Origin: Candidatus Latescibacterota bacterium | Lineage (GTDB): Bacteria; Latescibacterota; UBA2968; GCA-2709665 | Direction: 5' to 3' | Assembly: GCA_965205485.1 (NCBI GenBank) | Contig: OZ242180.1 | Span: 4,480,001-4,544,000 of the forward strand | Length of the DNA: 64,000 nt | Shown: in pieces, positions 59,162 to 64,000 of the stretch | Position numbering within the stretch: the first letter of the stretch is position 1 | Layout: each line of letters begins with the position of its first letter | Translations under genes and position numbers: made by a program | The notes under the pieces: generated by a model | Seen by the model: the letters and a program-made list of their open reading frames with translations, nothing else | What the model was told of the DNA's origin: nothing | The model's database searches: none

Positions 59162-60103
59162 CTATCTGATCCCCGCCGCGGGCGTCTGCCGGTATCGCAG
59201 CCAGTCCACGGGCGCATAGTCGTCGGTCAGCACCGGAACGCCGCGGACCAGGGGCTTCTGATTTCCATAAGGGGTCGCGGGGACCAGCAAGTCCAGCGCG
59301 TCGCCCGCCCTTTCCTTCAACACGCGAATCGCCCGTGCGATCTGTTTGCCGTCGAGCCGGGAACCATCCAGCGTGGCCACGGCCACGATATTGCTGCGCT
59401 CCGGTACCTGGAACAGGTACACCTGTGGAAACACCCGCGTCAATGTACGAATAATCGACAGGTACAATACGCCGGGCCCGAGCGGCGCCACGTTCACCGT
59501 CACGACGCCGCGGGGCGTGAGTATTCCCTTGACTTCATCGAAGAACTCCGCCGTTGCCATATGGTGCGGCATGGAGTCGGCATGAAATGCATCCAGAACC
59601 ACCCAGTCGTAACGGTCTGCCGTTCGTTTGACGAACATCCGGCCGTCGTCGACGTGGATCCTCAGGCCGCCGTCCTCGTCGACGCCGAAATACCGTTTTG
59701 CCACGCGGACCACGTCGGGGTCGAGTTCCACCACGTCCAGGGCGACGTCCGGGCTTGCGGACCGTATGAATCGGGCTACCGACCCGCCGGCAAGTCCGAT
59801 CATCAGCGCACGCTCCGGATTTCCGAATACCATTCCGAGCGCAAGGTACGCCGTGTAGGGCACGCGCAACGACGTGGGGTTTCCAAGGGTCAGTGCGCTC
59901 TGTTTTGCTCCGTACCCGAACCGAAGGTACCGGGCTTCGTCGTCTTCGGAAACGACGATGTGATTGTACAGGGAATCGTGGACGTAGACCAGTCGTTCGT
60001 GCTTCGGTATTTCCGGCCGGACTTCGCAGGCCGCGAAAACCAGAACCAGGAGGATCGATGGCGCAGAACTGAACGAGAATCGATTGACAACCAGTCCTTT
60101 CAA
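59162..60103 (-). CDS. Spermidine synthase-like SAM-binding domain protein
   Basis: SLYNHIVV, IGLAGG, VELDP, DDGR, VLDAF and VLTDDYAPVD; N-terminal VFAAC. Confidence 0.88.
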   Translation of the reverse strand: MKGLVVNRFSFSSAPSILLVLVFAACEVRPEIPKHERLVYVHDSLYNHIVVSEDDEARYLRFGYGAKQSALTLGNPTSLRVPYTAYLALGMVFGNPERALMIGLAGGSVARFIRSASPDVALDVVELDPDVVRVAKRYFGVDEDGGLRIHVDDGRMFVKRTADRYDWVVLDAFHADSMPHHMATAEFFDEVKGILTPRGVVTVNVAPLGPGVLYLSIIRTLTRVFPQVYLFQVPERSNIVAVATLDGSRLDGKQIARAIRVLKERAGDALDLLVPATPYGNQKPLVRGVPVLTDDYAPVDWLRYRQTPAAGIR

Positions 60104-60221
60104 TCTCAGACCTCACGGAGTGCCGCCGGCAGCGTGTCCCGCCCGCCAATGAGCCGCTGCAGGTCTGCACTATATGGTGACGATTCTCAACTTCCCACTG
60201 CCTCGCCCGCCGGAGGACGCA

Positions 60222-60824
60222 CTACGGCGGGTCCCCGTCCGGCGCCGTGCCCTTGTGCGCGCACCACAGCGCCATCGCCGACAAGACCAGAAGCACCGCA
60301 CCGATGAGATGCAGAATTTGCCTCACGCCCATGGCGGGTATCAGATAGAACGCCGTTCCCAGCGTCCCCGCGATGCTGCCCGCCGCGGACAATGCCGATA
60401 CCGTCCCCGCAACGCCCCCGATCCGGTCGACGCGGTCAGCCAGCAGCCGGACGACAAAGGGCGTGACGGCGCCCAACGCCACCCCCGGAATCGTGAACAG
60501 AACGATCGAAGCAAGCAAAGGGCCGCCCCGGGGGCCCAGATTCATCAGGAAGACCGCCCGATTGACCGCCGCCGCCACCCACGGCATCACAATCGCCATC
60601 AGCCCGGCCATGCCCATCAATGCGGCAAGTGGCCGCCCCGTAGGCATACGGTCCGCCAGCCTGCCCCCCGTGTACGCGCCCAGACAGAGCGCGGCCAGTA
60701 CCACCGCAATCAGGCTGCCCCAGACGAAGACGGAACTGCCGAAATACGGCGCGAGCACCCGGCTGCCCACGATTTCCAGTGCCATGAGCGCCGCGCCGGA
60801 AAAAAACGCGATAGATCTCAACAT
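60222..60824 (-). CDS. Membrane domain of the fused MFS/spermidine synthase family, encoded separately
   Basis: SGAALMALEIVGSRVLAPYFGSS..W, GGRLAD and GSIAGT..LIP..G. Confidence 0.85.
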   Translation of the reverse strand: MLRSIAFFSGAALMALEIVGSRVLAPYFGSSVFVWGSLIAVVLAALCLGAYTGGRLADRMPTGRPLAALMGMAGLMAIVMPWVAAAVNRAVFLMNLGPRGGPLLASIVLFTIPGVALGAVTPFVVRLLADRVDRIGGVAGTVSALSAAGSIAGTLGTAFYLIPAMGVRQILHLIGAVLLVLSAMALWCAHKGTAPDGDPP

Positions 60825-61008
60825 GACCGCACCCGATGCCAATCCCTTCTAGACCACCGGTTAACCGACTGCCGGCCGCGTGCGGTCCTCATCACGGCCG
60901 CCGAAACGCCTCAATGTACGTACAGCACACGGGGCTGCAAAAAGAATTCGCAGCCCCGTGACCTCGGATCATCCTGTACGATTCGCGCCGTCGACAACCT
61001 CACGCTCA

Positions 61009-61221
61009 GAAGTTGTTTTAAAATTACCGGTGAGTTCCCGAGCGCGAGCGAAAAAGCGGCGGTTATGAGGCGCGAGGGGCGCGCAGCGCCGACGGGAAAA
61101 TCCGCCCACATACTAATGTATCGTGGCTGCGCGCCCCTCGCCACTCTTGGGTGGATTTGACCAACGCCGACCGGCGCTTTTGCAGCCGTGCGAAGACCGC
61201 TGGGAATTTTAAGACAGCTTC
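61009..61221. mobile_element. MITE-like repeat family A, copy 3 (213 bp, inverted), with TCA target duplication
   Basis: TIRs GAAGTTGTTTTAAAA / TTTTAAGACAGCTTC; TCA at 61006-61008 and at 61222-61224 (the ssb stop codon). Confidence 0.92.
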
Positions 61222-61725
61222 TCAGAAGGGGAGATCGTCGTCGTCGGCGCCGAAGGGCGGCGGGCCCGACCCGCCCGACCCGGTAGCCGGTCCGGCTCCG
61301 TTTTCCGGGGACCCCGAACGCGCGTCACGCGCCCCTTCGTTCGGTTGACCGGGACCCTGCGAGTCGTTCCCCCCGGAATCGAATTCTCCCCGGGAGTCCA
61401 GCATCTGCATATCTCTTGCGACGACCTCGGTCGTATACCGCTTCTGTCCGTCCTGCGCCTCCCAGCTGCGGGTCTGCAGGCTCCCTTCGATGTAGACCCT
61501 GCTGCCCTTCCGCAGATACTGATTGCAGATCTCCGCCAGCCGCCGCCACACGACGATGCGATGCCATTCCGTTCGCTCATGACGTTCGCCCGAGTTGTCC
61601 GTCCAGCTCTCATTCGTGGCGATGTTGAAGTTCGTGACGGCGGTTCCGCTGGGTGTATATCGCAGCTCCGGATCCGCTCCGACGTTGCCGATCAGAATCA
61701 CTTTGTTTACACCTCTACGTGCCAT
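61222..61725 (-). CDS. ssb: Single-stranded DNA-binding protein
   Basis: [26 protein letters not shown] and C-terminal DDDDLPF. Confidence 0.98.
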   Translation of the reverse strand: MARRGVNKVILIGNVGADPELRYTPSGTAVTNFNIATNESWTDNSGERHERTEWHRIVVWRRLAEICNQYLRKGSRVYIEGSLQTRSWEAQDGQKRYTTEVVARDMQMLDSRGEFDSGGNDSQGPGQPNEGARDARSGSPENGAGPATGSGGSGPPPFGADDDDLPF

Positions 61726-61786
61726 GATGTATCTCCTATAAATAAAATAAAAACAATCTGATATGGTGGATGGCACGATCCTTGGC

Positions 61787-61832
61787 GAAATCGTGTTCAA
61801 TCAAATATACTCTCGATTTCCGAACTTGTCAA
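61787..61832 (-). promoter_or_regulatory. ssb promoter with an SOS-box-like site at the TSS
   Basis: TTGACA-N17-TATATT (61832-61804); GAAC-ACGA-TTTC at 61798-61787. Confidence 0.6.
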
Positions 61833-61996
61833 TAGGGTCCCGATCTACAGACTATCCGACCATCAATTCGAGTGCCGAAACTCGCACAGGATTCATCCCG
61901 ATCCCAATGAAAGCGTGCTGAACATCTGTCGCAAGCTTCTTGTTAGAGCCGTTTCGTTTCGCAACGTCCTCCGTCAACACCATACTGATTCGTCGC

Positions 61997-62833
61997 TCAC
62001 TCCATCGATCTGAAGAAATCCCGAAACCTCACGGATTCCGATACGGTGTCGCACTCGTTGCAATGCTCCCAGTCGATCCAGATGTATTCGACGCCGAGCC
62101 AACCGCGATATCCACTTTCCCGCATCACTTCGACGACCCGCCGGTAGTCGATGACATTGTGATCGAAAGACGTCTGCAGCCGCCCCCGCCGCGCACCGCG
62201 TGCGTGGAAGTGGCTTGCGTGCTGCATAAGGGGTTCCACGTCCGAATCCGGCAGGCCGATTTTCGTGAAGTGCGTATAATCCAGCGTCAACGTCAGGCCG
62301 GGAACATCCTGGACGAGACGTTCGGCTGATTTCGGCCGCGGAACCAGGGAACCGACGTGAGCCTCAACGCCGAATACAATGCCGCATTCCTTCGCCTGCG
62401 CCACACGCCAGTTCAATTCATCGACGGCGCGGCTGAACGAGTCAGCGCGCGTCTCACCGGGGAAGTGAACGCCCGGCAGCGCGGTTACGTGCGCGCACCC
62501 GCACCCGGCGGCGTACTCCAGCGTCTTCAAATACCAGTCCCGCGCCTTCCGGCGCCGGGCGTGCTGCGGATGATTGATCGCATAGGGCACGAAATCCATC
62601 GCCGTCTGCAGAAACACATCGGCCGGCTCGAGCCCCACGTCGTCCAGTTTCTTCTTCAGCGTGCGGGCGGAACGCGGCACATTGTCGAACTCGCGCGAAG
62701 GCCACAGGTGCGACCTCTCTTCGAAGAGTCCGATATCCACGCCCTCGAAACCCAGCATGGAGACCAGTTGAAGCGCGTCTTCGTGCGGAAGCAGGGGAAA
62801 GGTAAAGTCCGAGCATGCCAGTCTCAGGTTCAC
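61997..62833 (-). CDS. Sugar phosphate isomerase/epimerase TIM barrel
   Basis: GVEAH, LDYTH, HFHAR and GVEY. Confidence 0.85.
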   Translation of the reverse strand: MNLRLACSDFTFPLLPHEDALQLVSMLGFEGVDIGLFEERSHLWPSREFDNVPRSARTLKKKLDDVGLEPADVFLQTAMDFVPYAINHPQHARRRKARDWYLKTLEYAAGCGCAHVTALPGVHFPGETRADSFSRAVDELNWRVAQAKECGIVFGVEAHVGSLVPRPKSAERLVQDVPGLTLTLDYTHFTKIGLPDSDVEPLMQHASHFHARGARRGRLQTSFDHNVIDYRRVVEVMRESGYRGWLGVEYIWIDWEHCNECDTVSESVRFRDFFRSME

Positions 62834-63639
62834 GGCCCCTCCTTAAATCGTGTTGGCCCCGACGTCTCCCACTCGGCCGCGGCGATATACCCGCCATCGA
62901 CCACCAGGGACGTGCCGGTAATCCCCGCGGACGTCTCTGAGCAGAAGTAGACCGCCGCCCGTGCGACGTCCTCAGGTCTGATGACGGCCCCGGTCGGGAC
63001 GCGCCGCAGGCGCTGCGTCAGCGTGGCCTCCGGGTCAGGTGTCGTATTCAGATGGTACCTCAGCATGGGTGTATCCGTTATGCCCGGGCAGATACAGTTG
63101 CAGCGCAGTCCGTCCCGGGCGTAGTCCAGCGCGATCGAACGGCTCAATCCCAGCACGGCGTGCTTGGACGCGGTATACGCGGGCGTGCCGGCCTGACCGA
63201 TAAAGCTGCCCACCGATCCGACATTCGCCATATAGCTTCGCCGATGCTCCCGGAGGTGAGGGATGGCGTATTTGAGGGAAAGGAAAATCGACTTGAGGTT
63301 GACGTCCATCAGCCGGTCCCAATCCTCTTCGGAATATTCGTGGAGACACCCGACGTGAACGATTCCCGCACAATTGACAACGGTCTGCAACGTCCCGAAA
63401 CGCTCCACGGTCCCTTCGATCGAGCCCCTCACCTGTTCTTCCCGCGCTACGTCGCACATCACGAAGATCGCGTCCCCGCCGTGATCCACAATTCGGTCCA
63501 CCACCTGGCGACCGCGTTCTTCCTGCACGTCGGCAACGGCCACCCGGGCGCCCTCGGCGGCGAAAAGTTCGGCCGTGGCCTCGCCCATTCCGGATGCGCC
63601 CCCGCTTACCCAGGCAACCTGTCCTTCCATGCGTCCCAT
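62830..63639 (-). CDS. Short-chain dehydrogenase/reductase
   Basis: SGGASGMG, YTASK, CPGITDTPM and VVDGG. Confidence 0.93.
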   Translation of the reverse strand: MGRMEGQVAWVSGGASGMGEATAELFAAEGARVAVADVQEERGRQVVDRIVDHGGDAIFVMCDVAREEQVRGSIEGTVERFGTLQTVVNCAGIVHVGCLHEYSEEDWDRLMDVNLKSIFLSLKYAIPHLREHRRSYMANVGSVGSFIGQAGTPAYTASKHAVLGLSRSIALDYARDGLRCNCICPGITDTPMLRYHLNTTPDPEATLTQRLRRVPTGAVIRPEDVARAAVYFCSETSAGITGTSLVVDGGYIAAAEWETSGPTRFKEGP

Positions 63640-63642
63640 GGG

Positions 63643-64000
63643 TCATTCCACTCTCGTGATCCGTATGACTACGTCGTGCCGAAACGCCTGCAAGACCACC
63701 CGGCGCGATTCACCCCCGCCAAGAGGGACACGTGGAGAATAAACGCCGCCTGAAGGAGAAAAACAGGACATCTCGAACGCTCCGGGCGGCAGGTCGAAGC
63801 AAAGCCTTCCCGCGATTGGATCGCCGCACCCGGCCTCCTCCCGTTCGCGGGCGTCGGCCAGATAGATGCAATAGTCTTCGCCCGCAACCGCGAACACCGA
63901 TTCCAGCGTATGTTCGGGGCGTTCCTGAAGCCAACCCGGCATGACCGGGCGCGCCCTGACCAGATCGATCGAATGGACAAACGCGGACAGATTGCCCATC
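63643..64000 (-). CDS. Hypothetical protein, C-terminal part (start lies outside the window)
   Basis: Open frame ending 3 bp before the SDR start; beta-rich C-terminal domain. Confidence 0.7.
   Translation of the reverse strand, partial: MGNLSAFVHSIDLVRARPVMPGWLQERPEHTLESVFAVAGEDYCIYLADAREREEAGCGDPIAGRLCFDLPPGAFEMSCFSPSGGVYSPRVPLGGGESRRVVLQAFRHDVVIRITRVE

Overview
GC-rich bacterial chromosomal window with no rRNA, tRNA, CRISPR array or transposase that I can recognise. Core genes: rplM-rpsI-rpsB-tsf-frr (pyrH is missing from its usual slot), uvrB-nadC-birA-coaX, ssb, prmA and thrC. Transport: dppABC-like peptide ABC components and a LolCDE-like exporter cluster. Catabolic families are heavily expanded (6 TIM-barrel sugar isomerase/epimerases, 3 Gfo/Idh/MocA, 2 PhyH-like, 2 SDR, DUF1080, PQQ-propeller, enolase-superfamily dehydratase), a profile that suggests a Latescibacterota/Poribacteria-like heterotroph (inference only). 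Most notable: (1) an unannotated ~260-nt structured transcription unit at 6170-6462 (-) with a near-consensus promoter, a perfect SD, an 11-codon ORF and a terminator, just upstream of the ribosomal operon; (2) two families of non-autonomous inverted-repeat elements (8 copies or remnants), one wedged between the rpsB S2-leader and its SD; (3) an apparent bacterial homolog of animal OSGIN1/2 flavoproteins; (4) a DksA/TraR zinc-finger gene pair behind a symmetric bidirectional promoter; (5) an orphan Helicase_C_3-WYL protein; (6) paralogous Cys/Ser DUF3179 lipoproteins flanking beta-barrel genes. All family assignments are by eye and from recall; no searches were run.
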